NCBI GenBank assembly: GCA_963674735.2
Contig: CAXXQS010000002.1
Location: forward strand, 1 to 64,000
Source: Myxococcota bacterium
GTDB taxonomy: Bacteria > Myxococcota_A > SURF-8
Reading direction: 5' to 3'
Length of the DNA stretch: 64,000 bases
Below the pieces are notes generated by a model that ran no database searches, was not told the origin of the DNA, and saw only the letters and a program-made list of their open reading frames with translations. Made by a program: the position numbers and the translations under genes. Positions 20,009-29,872 of the stretch are shown here, piece by piece; positions within the stretch are counted from its first letter, which is position 1, and each line of letters starts with the position of its first letter.

Positions 20009-22093
20009 TCAGCCCTCTTCTTTCTCCGCCTGGAACTCGGCCACGAGCTTGTCGGCGATCGCGCTGGGGACTTCCTCGTAGTGGTCGAAGTGGGAGATAA
20101 AGGCCGCCCGGTCGCCGGTCATGGCGCGCAGGTCGGTGGCCAGGGTATGCATCTCGACCACCGGAATTTCGGCGTGGATAACCGTCATGCGGCCCTCTTC
20201 GTCCGAGCCGAGCACCCGGCCGCGACGCGAGGAGAGGTTGCCGTACACGTCGCCCATGTATTCGGACGGCACGGTGATGTCCACCTTGTTCACCGGTTCG
20301 AGCAAGCAGGGCGTGGCTTCCATCATGGCCTTTTTCCAGGCCATCGAACCCGCCACCTTGAAGGCCATTTCCGACGAATCGACGGAGTGATAGGAGCCGA
20401 AGAACAACTCGACCTTGACGTCCTGCACCGGGTTGCCGGTCATTTCGCCGCGCACCATCGCTTCCACGATGCCCTTCTCGACCGCCGGGATGAACTGGCG
20501 CGGAATCACACCACCCACGATGGCGTCGACGAATTCGAAACCGGCACCGCGCGGCTGCGCGGAAACGCGAATGTGACAGTCGCCGAACTGGCCGCGTCCA
20601 CCGGTTTGTTTCTTGTAGCGGCCCTGCACCTCGGCTTTACCCTTGATCGTCTCGCGATAGGGAACCTTGGGAGCCGCGAATTCCACCTCGACGCTGAACT
20701 TGCGCGCCATCCGCTCGCGGGCCACGTCGAACTGCGCCGCCCCGACACCCGAGAGGATGAAGTCTTTGGTCTGTTCTTCGCGCCAGAAGCTCAGGTTGGC
20801 GTCTTCGTCCAGGATACGGTAGATGGCCGCACCCATTTTTTCTTCTTCGCCCTTCACCTTGGCCGTCACGGCCATGTGAACCATCGGGCTCACGCGCGGC
20901 AGGTCGGGCATTTTCACCGACTGATTTTCATTCTGCACCAGGGTATCGCCGGTGGCGACGTCCTTCAGCTTGATCAGCGCAATGATGTCGCCGGCTTCGG
21001 CTGCGTCGACCTGCGTCTGGCTCTTGCCGTGCTGATAATGGAATTTTCCGGGCTTTTCCTTGCTGCGCTTTTCCACGTTGAAGAAGTTGTCGTCGGGGTC
21101 GATGTGACCGCGGAAGATGCGCATGATCGACACTTTGCCCGCGAAGGGATCCGACAGAGTCTTGATGACCTGCGCCACCAGGTTGCCTTCGGCGCTGATG
21201 ATCAGCTCGCTCTCTTCGGCGGTTTTCGGATCGATCAGCGTGCGCGGACGCTCTTCGGTGGGGTTGGGCAAAGCCGCCACGATGGTTTCGAGCAGGCGGT
21301 CGATACCGGTGTTCTGGGTGGGCGAACCGCACAGAACCGGGCAGAACTGACCGCCGAGGGTGCCGCTCTTCAAGCAACTGAAGAGTTCTTCGTCGCTGAC
21401 TTCCTCGGTTTCGAGGTATTTTTCCATGATCTCGTCGTCGCCTTCGACCAGACGTTCGATCATCTCGGCACGCAATTCTTCGACGGTATCGGCCATATCG
21501 GCGGGAATCTCGCCCGCCGTGGCTTTCCCGTTGGCATAGGTGTAGGCTTTGTTGGTGAGCAGGTCCACCACACCCTTGTGGCCGTCTTCCAGCCCGATCG
21601 GGATCTGAATCAGCACCGGTTCGACGGCGAAGGCCGCCTTCATGCTCTCGAAAGCCTTATCGAAATTGGCATGTTCCTTGTCCAATTTGCTGATAAAAGC
21701 CAAAACCGGCAAGCCCATTTCCTTGGCTTTGATGCTCACCAATTCGGTTTGAAACTTCACACCCTCGACGGCGTCCACCGGCACCACCGCCGCGCCCAAA
21801 GCGGGCATCAGAGTGAAGGCGTCGGGGATGAAGTTGGAGTTTCCGGGCGTGTCGATCAGGAAAAGATGATGGCCCTTGTAATCGCAGTCGTAAAACGACG
21901 AGTTGACCGAGTAACCGCGTTTGTGCTCCTCGGGCTCGAAGTCCATCACCGCCGTGTGGGCATCCACCGCCCCCAGACGCTCGGTCGCCTTGGTGTTGAA
22001 CAAAATCGCTTCACAAATCGAGGTCTTACCCGAACCCGCGTGTCCTAGAAATCCCACCACGCGTTTTTGGTCCATTTCATATGTCTTCGCCAT
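20009..22093 (-). CDS. fusA: Elongation factor G paralog (EF-G2-like)
   Basis: GHAGSGKT, DTPG, SKLD, PKVPYRETI, KKQTGGRGQFG, HSVDSSEMAF and LLEP. Stand-alone, outside the str operon. Confidence 0.9.
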   Translation of the reverse strand: MAKTYEMDQKRVVGFLGHAGSGKTSICEAILFNTKATERLGAVDAHTAVMDFEPEEHKRGYSVNSSFYDCDYKGHHLFLIDTPGNSNFIPDAFTLMPALGAAVVPVDAVEGVKFQTELVSIKAKEMGLPVLAFISKLDKEHANFDKAFESMKAAFAVEPVLIQIPIGLEDGHKGVVDLLTNKAYTYANGKATAGEIPADMADTVEELRAEMIERLVEGDDEIMEKYLETEEVSDEELFSCLKSGTLGGQFCPVLCGSPTQNTGIDRLLETIVAALPNPTEERPRTLIDPKTAEESELIISAEGNLVAQVIKTLSDPFAGKVSIMRIFRGHIDPDDNFFNVEKRSKEKPGKFHYQHGKSQTQVDAAEAGDIIALIKLKDVATGDTLVQNENQSVKMPDLPRVSPMVHMAVTAKVKGEEEKMGAAIYRILDEDANLSFWREEQTKDFILSGVGAAQFDVARERMARKFSVEVEFAAPKVPYRETIKGKAEVQGRYKKQTGGRGQFGDCHIRVSAQPRGAGFEFVDAIVGGVIPRQFIPAVEKGIVEAMVRGEMTGNPVQDVKVELFFGSYHSVDSSEMAFKVAGSMAWKKAMMEATPCLLEPVNKVDITVPSEYMGDVYGNLSSRRGRVLGSDEEGRMTVIHAEIPVVEMHTLATDLRAMTGDRAAFISHFDHYEEVPSAIADKLVAEFQAEKEEG

Positions 22094-22475
22094 TGAAAAT
22101 CCTCCTCGATGTGAGCTGGTTGCGATCCTTCGGCCGTTCGAATCAAGGTTAAAAAGCACCCCTATTTAGAGGGCAGGAATATAGCATACCCGACCGGCTT
22201 GTCAAAGAAAAAGAGGGGACTTTCCGGCCCGTTGCAGAGTCTGCGAGCCCGGAAATCGCCGGTTCCCGGCCATCCTGCCCCCACCCCACATTGACGAGCG
22301 AAGCGAAATCAGACCAAACATTTGGAATCACAAGGAAATACGTAACAAGACGCCCACCGTATGCGCTCGGCGGCCTGCTCGGCGAGGTCCGATCGGCGAC
22401 CGAGCGCAGACCTTCCCGAATGATGAACGAGATCAGGGAATTGAAACAGGCATTGCGCTACACGTCGGAGGGCTT

Positions 22476-23372
22476 CTATCGCGCGCGCTTCTTGAGTTGC
22501 TTCTGTTCGTACATCTGCTGGTCGGCGCGTTCGAGCAGGGTGTCGAGCGCGATGGTTTCGTTGGACGCGATGCGCGCCAGCCCCACACTCAGCGACAATT
22601 GGTAGCCGAGATCCGCATCTTGATTCATGTTTTCGATATTCTGCGCCAATCGTTCCGGGATCGCCTCGGAGCTGCTGACATAGCTCTCGATGCCTAAAAC
22701 CGCGAATTCGTCGCCCCCCATGCGGCCGATGATATCGGATTCGCGAAACGTGGAATTGAGCGCCCGGGCGGTGTCTTTCAGCGCTCGATCCCCGGCTTTG
22801 TGACCCAGGCTGTCGTTGATCCACTTCATGTTATCCAGGTCGACGAAAACCACGAACACGCCGCGACCGGTGCGCCCGGCCAGCTTCGCGTGCCGCTCGG
22901 CCAAGGTGAGAAAACCGCGCCGATTGTAGAGACCGGTCAGGTCGTCGAGCAAGGCCAGGCTGCGCAGGGTTTCCATCATGCGATGGCGTTCGATGGCATA
23001 GCGGGTGGATCGGCTAAGCAGGTTGGCATCCACTTCACCCCGGATCAGGTAATCCTGCGCGCCTTCCTGCACCGCCCGCACCCCCAACTCTTCGTCCGCC
23101 AAACCGGTCAGCACCACCACCGGAACTTCGGGCGCCACATGACGAACTGCTTCCAGGGATTCGATTCCCACACTGTCGGGCAACTGCAGGTCCATCAGCA
23201 CTACGTCGAAAGTGCCTTTACCCAGTATGTCCTTCCCCTGGTTCAAAGTCGTCGCACTTTCCACATCGAAAGTCAGCGATGTCACATGTTTTTCAGCCAA
23301 CGCCGACCGGATCAGCAAATCTTCTTCAGGATTATCCTCGATCAAGAGAACCTCGATTTGTTTTCCTATCAT
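22476..23372 (-). CDS. Response-regulator diguanylate cyclase (REC-GGDEF)
   Basis: REC (IEDN, MDLQLPD), DDLTGLYNRR, RESD I-site and GGDEF. Confidence 0.92.
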   Translation of the reverse strand: MIGKQIEVLLIEDNPEEDLLIRSALAEKHVTSLTFDVESATTLNQGKDILGKGTFDVVLMDLQLPDSVGIESLEAVRHVAPEVPVVVLTGLADEELGVRAVQEGAQDYLIRGEVDANLLSRSTRYAIERHRMMETLRSLALLDDLTGLYNRRGFLTLAERHAKLAGRTGRGVFVVFVDLDNMKWINDSLGHKAGDRALKDTARALNSTFRESDIIGRMGGDEFAVLGIESYVSSSEAIPERLAQNIENMNQDADLGYQLSLSVGLARIASNETIALDTLLERADQQMYEQKQLKKRAR

Positions 23373-23595
23373 GGCGACCCTTTCACCCGGTCATGCGACC
23401 TGTCTGCGTGACGTCCGCGGATCCCAACTAAATGCTTTAAGTGCTTTATTATCCCATATTTCGCTCTCGTTGGCAATGCCGACTTACAAATGTGAAAACC
23501 AACGTCAAATCCTCTTGCCCGAAAGGTTACATCTATGTTAACTTCTTTTGAATAGGGGATAATTCGGTTATTTTCACTTTCCGGAGGCATTCAGG

Positions 23596-26319
23596 ATGAA
23601 ATTCTCCGGCTCGATCGAAAATGGGGGAAAGTGGGGCGATTCGGGGGCGATCGACATCGCATTCGATTCTGTCGAAGAACTCGAAAAGACCTACCTGAAA
23701 TACCTCAAAGTCAATCACGCCGTGGTTCGCACACCCAACGAGGCCAAGCCGGGAGACCAGAGAACGCTGGTCTACACCCTGCCCAACGGGGCCAAGCTCG
23801 AACTGCAAGGGGAAATCGAGAAGGTCAAAGAGCAGCCCGGCAAGTCCTTCACCGTTTCCCTTTTCAAGCTGACCCCGCTTTCCCTGGCGCAACACGAGTT
23901 GGTCGCCGGGGCCTTGAAGGCCAACGATGGGGATCTGGACCTGGACGACGACATGTTCACCGACATGATCACCCAGGACTACGCTCCGCCGAAAGAAAGC
24001 GAGAAGCCCGCGGCCCCCGCCAAAGCCGCCAAGTCGGAAAGAAGCGAGGAAGACGAGCAGCGCGTACGCGCCATGCTGGCCGAAGACGAACCCGACGAGG
24101 ATGTCGAAGATATCGAACTGCCCGAGGAATTGCGTGGCGCATCGGGCGACCTCATCATGCCCAAGAAGGAAGGCGAAGAGGAAGATCCGCACCTCGAAAA
24201 GAAAAAATACATCATCGCCTTCATTCTGACTTTCACGAAATCGGTACAACGCTCGGGCTATTACGGCGACGGCGATCATCCCGAATCGAAAAAGGCCAAA
24301 AAAGGCCTCTATCCGCTGTTCCGCAAAATCGTGGGACGGCGGCGCGAACTGAACTTCATCCGCAAAGCCATCGCGGGCGACCGCGACGTGCTGATCGACG
24401 GCGTCCTCCCCGAAATGGTGGAACTCTCGGAAATCATGCCCCACGGCATGGCCGAGCTGTATATTCCACGCTTTCTGGAATACCTCGAACGCCGCTGCCT
24501 GATCTCGTTGTCGATCAAACGCATCATCAACGAGGAAAAATTCCACAATTTCATCGATCTGCTGAGCCAGTACTCCCCGGCCTTCAAAGACGATTCGCGC
24601 AAGGAAGGCGAACGTTTCACCCGTACCCTGGTGGAACACAACATCGTCGAGGTTTCGGCCGTCTTCGATGAAGACATCATCTCCTCGGGACGTAAACTTC
24701 CCTGGCAGGCCGAACTTACTCTGTCACGTCTGAAGAAAGATCTGAAAACCGTCCCGCTTTTGAAAAACGCGACGGAAGAGGAACTGCGCGATATCAAAAT
24801 CCGCATCTTCCAGGATACCATTCGCCCCCTGCGCAACCCGACCTTCATGATCGCCGTTTTATTGAACGCCGATCTCATCATGGAAGGCATCGAGGAAAAC
24901 CAGATTCTGGCCGACATCAACGTCGAAGAATTCATGATCCGCGGTGCCGAGCTGGAATTCCTGGCCAGCGTATCGCTGGAAATCATCAAGGAACTGGAGG
25001 GCGTCCGCGAGTTGCGCGTCAAAGCGCCGCTCGATGTGCAGCGCAAGCAGGCCGAGCAGCAGGAAAAAGTGCTGATGCGCATCATCGCGCACATTTCCGA
25101 CCGCTTCCTCAACGAACGCAGCGACGCCTCCGACGAAGCCCTGGAGGATTTCTTCGCGCGCAAGTTGATCACCTTCAAAGGACTGCCGGTACGCGTTCAG
25201 GAACGCATCGCCAACAAAAAGCTGACCGAGGCGTTCTTAAAGAATTCCGACGAAATCATCGATCGCTTCAACTCCCACCTGAGCGACAAGGAATTCTCCG
25301 ATTTCATCAATCGCTTCCAACGGGTGATTCCGCTTTTATCCGACCGCCGGGAATACCGTCTGGTGGGGCGACTGATCGACAGCGCCCGCAAGCATCTCGA
25401 CGACCGCGATGTGCGCCGCAAGTCGCTGACCAAGCGTCTGTTCGACTTCATCTCCACCACCGACGTCCTCAAAAACTTGAAGGACACCTTCAAGGATGAC
25501 GACCGCGAGCTGCGCACTCTGGCGGCCTCGGTGTTCGTTTCCTTCGGCCGCCAGGCCGTTCCCATGCTGCTTGAAATCCTCAAGGAATCGGAAGACAAAT
25601 GGGTGCGCAAGCAGATGATTCGCAGCCTCATCGACGTGGGGCCGATCGCCATCCAACCCATGATCAACGAGTTGTACAAAGAAGACAATCCCTGGTATTT
25701 CCTGCGCAACATCATCAATATCCTGGGCGAACTGGGCGATCGCAAAATCATCGGCAAAATGACCTTGCTGCTCTATCACGAAAACCCGTCCATTCGAGAG
25801 GAAACCGTCGCCACGTTGGCGCGTCTGGCCCCGGACGTGGCCGAAACGCACCTCATCAAAATGCTCGACGATCAGGACGCGCGCGTGCGTGAGCGCGCCA
25901 TCTCCAGCCTGGGCATGATTCACAGCACGAACGACAAGGTGCTGACGTTCTACATGGATGTGCTGGAAGGCCGCACCGAGTTGGAAAACGAAGCGTTGCA
26001 GGTGCAGGTCTATCGCGCCTTGGGCCAACTGGGCGAACTGCCCGAAGAGAAACGCAAGACCATCGAATCCATCCTGCTTAAAAACCTCGGCAAAGGGTAC
26101 GGAGCCAATTTCCTGATTCAGATGTTCAGAGACAATCAGGAGTCCGACTTGTCCGACAGCCTGAAAATGGCCATCTGCACGGCACTGGGTCAGATCGGCA
26201 AAGGCCGCAAGGTGATCAAAGTGCTGACCAAAGCCTCCCGAGAGCAGGATCCCGTCATGCATCAGCGAGCCATGGAAGCACTCGAAAACATTAAAAAGCG
26301 CGAGGCTGGCGCGGCCTGA
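23596..26319 (+). CDS. HEAT-repeat protein with degenerate PilZ-like N-terminal domain
   Basis: C-terminal HEAT-like repeats (KWVRKQMIRSL, WYFLRNIINILG, ARVRERAISSLG), an acidic linker and an N-terminal beta-rich domain. Confidence 0.7.
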   Translation: MKFSGSIENGGKWGDSGAIDIAFDSVEELEKTYLKYLKVNHAVVRTPNEAKPGDQRTLVYTLPNGAKLELQGEIEKVKEQPGKSFTVSLFKLTPLSLAQHELVAGALKANDGDLDLDDDMFTDMITQDYAPPKESEKPAAPAKAAKSERSEEDEQRVRAMLAEDEPDEDVEDIELPEELRGASGDLIMPKKEGEEEDPHLEKKKYIIAFILTFTKSVQRSGYYGDGDHPESKKAKKGLYPLFRKIVGRRRELNFIRKAIAGDRDVLIDGVLPEMVELSEIMPHGMAELYIPRFLEYLERRCLISLSIKRIINEEKFHNFIDLLSQYSPAFKDDSRKEGERFTRTLVEHNIVEVSAVFDEDIISSGRKLPWQAELTLSRLKKDLKTVPLLKNATEEELRDIKIRIFQDTIRPLRNPTFMIAVLLNADLIMEGIEENQILADINVEEFMIRGAELEFLASVSLEIIKELEGVRELRVKAPLDVQRKQAEQQEKVLMRIIAHISDRFLNERSDASDEALEDFFARKLITFKGLPVRVQERIANKKLTEAFLKNSDEIIDRFNSHLSDKEFSDFINRFQRVIPLLSDRREYRLVGRLIDSARKHLDDRDVRRKSLTKRLFDFISTTDVLKNLKDTFKDDDRELRTLAASVFVSFGRQAVPMLLEILKESEDKWVRKQMIRSLIDVGPIAIQPMINELYKEDNPWYFLRNIINILGELGDRKIIGKMTLLLYHENPSIREETVATLARLAPDVAETHLIKMLDDQDARVRERAISSLGMIHSTNDKVLTFYMDVLEGRTELENEALQVQVYRALGQLGELPEEKRKTIESILLKNLGKGYGANFLIQMFRDNQESDLSDSLKMAICTALGQIGKGRKVIKVLTKASREQDPVMHQRAMEALENIKKREAGAA

Positions 26320-26393
26320 TTCCCTGTGTTAGGATCGGGGAACCGACCGTCCGCAGAGGCGGCGGCGAAACCGCTTTTCTCCACGGAGGCGCA

Positions 26394-27542
26394 ATGCAGG
26401 CGCAGGGTTCCTGGATCGAAATCGATGCGGCGGCACTGGCTCACAACGTCGCGGTCTTCCGTCGACTGGCCGGCGCGGACCGCCGCCTGATGGCGGTGGT
26501 CAAGGCCAACGCCTACGGACACGGGATGCTCGAAGTCGCGCGCATCGCGTTGGCGAACGGGGCCGATTGGCTGGGGGTTTTCAACATCCACGAGGCGTTG
26601 GCCTTACGCGAGGCGGGCCTCGCCGCGCCGATCCTGGTGCTGGGCCCCTGCCCGGCCGCACTCGCCCCGCAAGCCGCCGCCGCCGCCGACATTCGTCTGA
26701 CCTGCGCGTCACCGGCGGCTCTCAACGCCTTGCTGGACCTCGAGCTGTCCCACCCGCTCAAGCTGCACCTCAAGCTCGAAACCGGCACGCATCGTCAGGG
26801 CTTCATGGCCGACGAGTTGTCGCCGCTGGCCGCCTTGGCCGAGCATCCCACTCTCGCTGTCGAAGGGCTCTACACCCACTACGCCGACATCGAAGACACC
26901 ACCGATCACCGTTTCGCCGACGAGCAGCGGCAGCGATTCGACGCCATGAGCGAACGACTCGCCGAACTGGGTATCCGCCCCGCCCTGCCGCACACGGCCT
27001 GTTCGGCCGCGGCGCTTTTGTTCCCCACCACCTACTACGCCATGCTGCGCGTGGGTATTGCCCTGTACGGTCTCTGGCCCAGCAAGGAAACCTTCGTCTC
27101 GGCCCACCAGCTCGACCGCCCCAAGGTGTCGCTCAAGCCGGTGATGAGCTGGAAAACACGCATCGCCCAGATCAAGTCCATCGCGGCCGGCGACTACGTC
27201 AGCTACGGACGCACCTGGCGTGCAGCGCGTCCGACGCGGCTGGCGGTGCTGCCGGTGGGTTACGCCAACGGTTACGACCGGGGCTTGTCGAGCACGGCGT
27301 TCGTGTTGATCGACGGCCGCCGGGCGCAGATCGTCGGACGCGTGTGCATGAACATGTGCCTGGCGGATGTCACCGATATCCCCGACGCCGCCGCCGGAAG
27401 CGAGGTGGTGCTGTTGGGTCGTCAGAACGGGGATGCCGTCACGGCCGACGACATGGCCGCCTGGCTCGGCACCATCAACTACGAGGTAGTCACCCGCGCC
27501 GAACCCGCCGGGCCCAGAATCGTGGTAGGGGAAGAAGCATGA
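26394..27542 (+). CDS. alr: Alanine racemase
   Basis: AVVKANAYGHG PLP motif, HLKLETG, VSYG, GYANG, GRVCMN and GTINYE. Confidence 0.95.
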   Translation: MQAQGSWIEIDAAALAHNVAVFRRLAGADRRLMAVVKANAYGHGMLEVARIALANGADWLGVFNIHEALALREAGLAAPILVLGPCPAALAPQAAAAADIRLTCASPAALNALLDLELSHPLKLHLKLETGTHRQGFMADELSPLAALAEHPTLAVEGLYTHYADIEDTTDHRFADEQRQRFDAMSERLAELGIRPALPHTACSAAALLFPTTYYAMLRVGIALYGLWPSKETFVSAHQLDRPKVSLKPVMSWKTRIAQIKSIAAGDYVSYGRTWRAARPTRLAVLPVGYANGYDRGLSSTAFVLIDGRRAQIVGRVCMNMCLADVTDIPDAAAGSEVVLLGRQNGDAVTADDMAAWLGTINYEVVTRAEPAGPRIVVGEEA

Positions 27543-27657
27543 GCCGCTTTTCCGAACGGATGGGGATTATCTGAGGCCGTGCTCCGCCCCGGATGCCAGA
27601 TCAAACTCGGACGGCCGCGAGGCCGTCCATCCGAAATTCCGATTCTCCCTCGACCGA

Positions 27658-27822
27658 TCAACCCTTGACCGGCTCGAACATATCTTTATCGACACCGCAG
27701 ACCGGGCAGACCCAGTCGTCCGGAAGATCTTCGAAGGCCGTGCCGGGCTTGATGCCGTTGTCCGGGTCGCCGAGTTCGGGATCGTAGATATAGCCGCAAG
27801 CATCACATTCATATTGGGTCAT
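27658..27822 (-). CDS. Rubredoxin
   Basis: 54 aa, [18 protein letters not shown]...[18 protein letters not shown]. Confidence 0.95.
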   Translation of the reverse strand: MTQYECDACGYIYDPELGDPDNGIKPGTAFEDLPDDWVCPVCGVDKDMFEPVKG

Positions 27823-27857
27823 GAAGTCCTCCCCTGAAATTCGTGGTGGTAATTCCG

Positions 27858-29129
27858 TTATGGAGTGTTGAAGAAAGAATAACCTTCCGTCGGAATACAG
27901 CCGAGCGGATCGACGCAATCCTCCGGACGGCAGCAGATCGTTCCACCGAGGAACAAGGTATAGCAACAGATGGTATCGTCGCAGCACTGGGAATCGCGAT
28001 CGCAGAACAGCACGACCTCCAGGCAGTCGCTGCATTGGCTTTCCTCGGTGCAATACTGATTGGCCGGACATTCATGATCCGCCGCACAGCTCGCTTCCTG
28101 TTCACAGGCGCGGTTCAGGCAGTTCAAATCGTCCGGACAATGGGCTTGCGACAGACATTCCACACAGGCGCCGTCGGCCGAATCGCAGTAGGGAAAGTCG
28201 GCCGGACAGGAAATCGTGTCGCAGTTGATGCGGCATTGATGGTTGTCGCAGACCTCCTGCCCGGAACACTGGCTGTCGTCGGCACAGGCAAAACAGCCGC
28301 CGGAAGGCGCCATGCCCGCATCACAGTGCAGATCGTCCGGGCAATCGCGGTCGGAGTAGCAACCGGCCATGCAGAAATTCCGGCGGCAGATTTTTCCGAC
28401 CGGGCAATGGGCGTCTTGCAGACACCCGACGCAAAGCCCGCTGTCCGTTTCGCATTTGGGAAAATCGTTCGGACAATCGGTATCGCTGCGGCAGGTGCGG
28501 CGACAGGCGTGATCGAGACAGTCGTCGCCCGCGCTGCAGTCGCTGTCGAGCACGCACTGCACGCACAATCCGTGGGGCGGAAGGCTGCGGTCGCAAACGA
28601 GCGCGTTGGGGCAGTCGCGCGTGCTTTCGCAACCACTGACACAAAGGCCGTCGATGCACAACTCACCCAATTCGCATTGGGCCGAAGACGTGCAGGCCGG
28701 GTTCGGATCGTCACCATCGGCGGGCCTGTCGCCGTCCGTGGGAGTGTCGCCATCGGCCGGGCCGTCGCCGTCGGTCGGGGCGTCGCCGTCGGCCGGGTCG
28801 TCGCCGTCGGTCGGGGTGTCGCCGGGTAAACAGACACCGCCGGTACAGTCGTAAGAAGGCAGACAATCGTCGGCGTTGTCGCAGAGGTTGCGGCACTGGT
28901 TGTCGATACAACGTTCATCCACCTGGCAATCGTCGTCGACGAGGCAGATTTCGCGGCAGCGCCCGTCGAGACAACGCTTCCCCCCGCTGCAGTCGTCATC
29001 CTCCGAGCAGCGGTCGGAGTCGTCGCTTTCATCGGAGTCGGCGGAATCGTCTTCCAAGCAGCCGATGGCGAACGCGAGCAGAAGGAGAATCAGAACCCAT
29101 GCCCATCGCGATTTGCGTGTCGTTTCCAT
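27858..29129 (-). CDS. Cys-rich repeat lipoprotein with DGD linker
   Basis: Lipobox AIGC, many CxxDxDC repeats and a (P-[TA]-DGD)x6 linker. Confidence 0.75.
   Translation of the reverse strand: METTRKSRWAWVLILLLLAFAIGCLEDDSADSDESDDSDRCSEDDDCSGGKRCLDGRCREICLVDDDCQVDERCIDNQCRNLCDNADDCLPSYDCTGGVCLPGDTPTDGDDPADGDAPTDGDGPADGDTPTDGDRPADGDDPNPACTSSAQCELGELCIDGLCVSGCESTRDCPNALVCDRSLPPHGLCVQCVLDSDCSAGDDCLDHACRRTCRSDTDCPNDFPKCETDSGLCVGCLQDAHCPVGKICRRNFCMAGCYSDRDCPDDLHCDAGMAPSGGCFACADDSQCSGQEVCDNHQCRINCDTISCPADFPYCDSADGACVECLSQAHCPDDLNCLNRACEQEASCAADHECPANQYCTEESQCSDCLEVVLFCDRDSQCCDDTICCYTLFLGGTICCRPEDCVDPLGCIPTEGYSFFNTP
28704..28820 (-). repeat. Imperfect 18-bp tandem repeat encoding xPxDGD
   Basis: Protein [38 protein letters not shown]. 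Confidence 0.7.
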
Positions 29130-29229
29130 CTTTGGCTCCCGAGTTTGAATGACACCTTATTATGCGGCGCAATCGGGACTTGTCAACCATCGAAAAGCGG
29201 AGACCGGCTGCGCACAGCGAGAGACTTAA

Positions 29230-29613
29230 TTACGCTGTGAAAACGGCCCGTTGAAGCAAAAACCCGGCGACGATCGCCATGAATCCCAGGATCAGGTTGG
29301 CCAGCAGATTCACCGCCGAAGCCGTCCAGGCCCCATCTTGGAACAGTCGCACCGTATCGTAGCCGAAGGCCGAAAAAGTGGTGAAGGCTCCCAGAAAACC
29401 AAAGGTAAGCCCCATCTGCATGTGCTTGGGAATCTGGTCGTGGGCAAGCAGCCAGGGCATGATAAAGCCCAAAATCAGGCACCCCAGAACATTCACCATA
29501 AGAGTGCCGAAGGGAAAGTGGTCACCGAAGAGCGCATGGGTGCTGCGGCTGACGCCGTAGCGACTGAGAGTGCCCAGGGCACCGGCGACGGCTAAAATCA
29601 TAATATCGCGCAT
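29230..29613 (-). CDS. crcB: Fluoride efflux channel Fluc/CrcB
   Basis: GALGTLSRY, FPFGTLMVNVLGC and GFLGAFTTFSAF signature motifs. Confidence 0.93.
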   Translation of the reverse strand: MRDIMILAVAGALGTLSRYGVSRSTHALFGDHFPFGTLMVNVLGCLILGFIMPWLLAHDQIPKHMQMGLTFGFLGAFTTFSAFGYDTVRLFQDGAWTASAVNLLANLILGFMAIVAGFLLQRAVFTA

Positions 29614-29674
29614 CGAAAACTCCAAAATTCGAGAACCGGACAAGCGGGACGGTCCGGCGAGGTAAACCCCTTTA

Positions 29675-29701
29675 TTGTCGGCATGTATTCGCCAATGTCA
29701 A
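29675..29701 (-). promoter_or_regulatory. Putative sigma70 promoter for crcB
   Basis: Minus strand TTGACA-16 nt-GACAAT, downstream of a terminator hairpin. Confidence 0.45.
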
Positions 29702-29716
29702 GCGGGTAGATCAATG

Positions 29717-29744
29717 AAAATCCCCGGGCTTGGAAGCCCGGGGA
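29717..29744 (-). terminator. Terminator downstream of the double-cubane reductase gene
   Basis: tccccgggctt-gg-aagcccgggga with an adjacent A-tract. Confidence 0.6.
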
Positions 29745-29872
29745 GGAACTGGGGGTGAGCAAGTCGGGGCAGGCGATCCGACATGCTCGATGGAAAAGAA
29801 CGATGGAGCGGGTCAAAGGACCGCGCTTCATCGCGTTGGGGATACCGTTGAAGGTCTCTTAACGATGGTGCG

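Noticed and set aside
29614-29872. Fluoride riboswitch upstream of crcB
   Set aside because: I could not find the GGCGATGG...TGATG/pseudoknot consensus, only a terminator and a promoter-like sequence. An Infernal search would be decisive.
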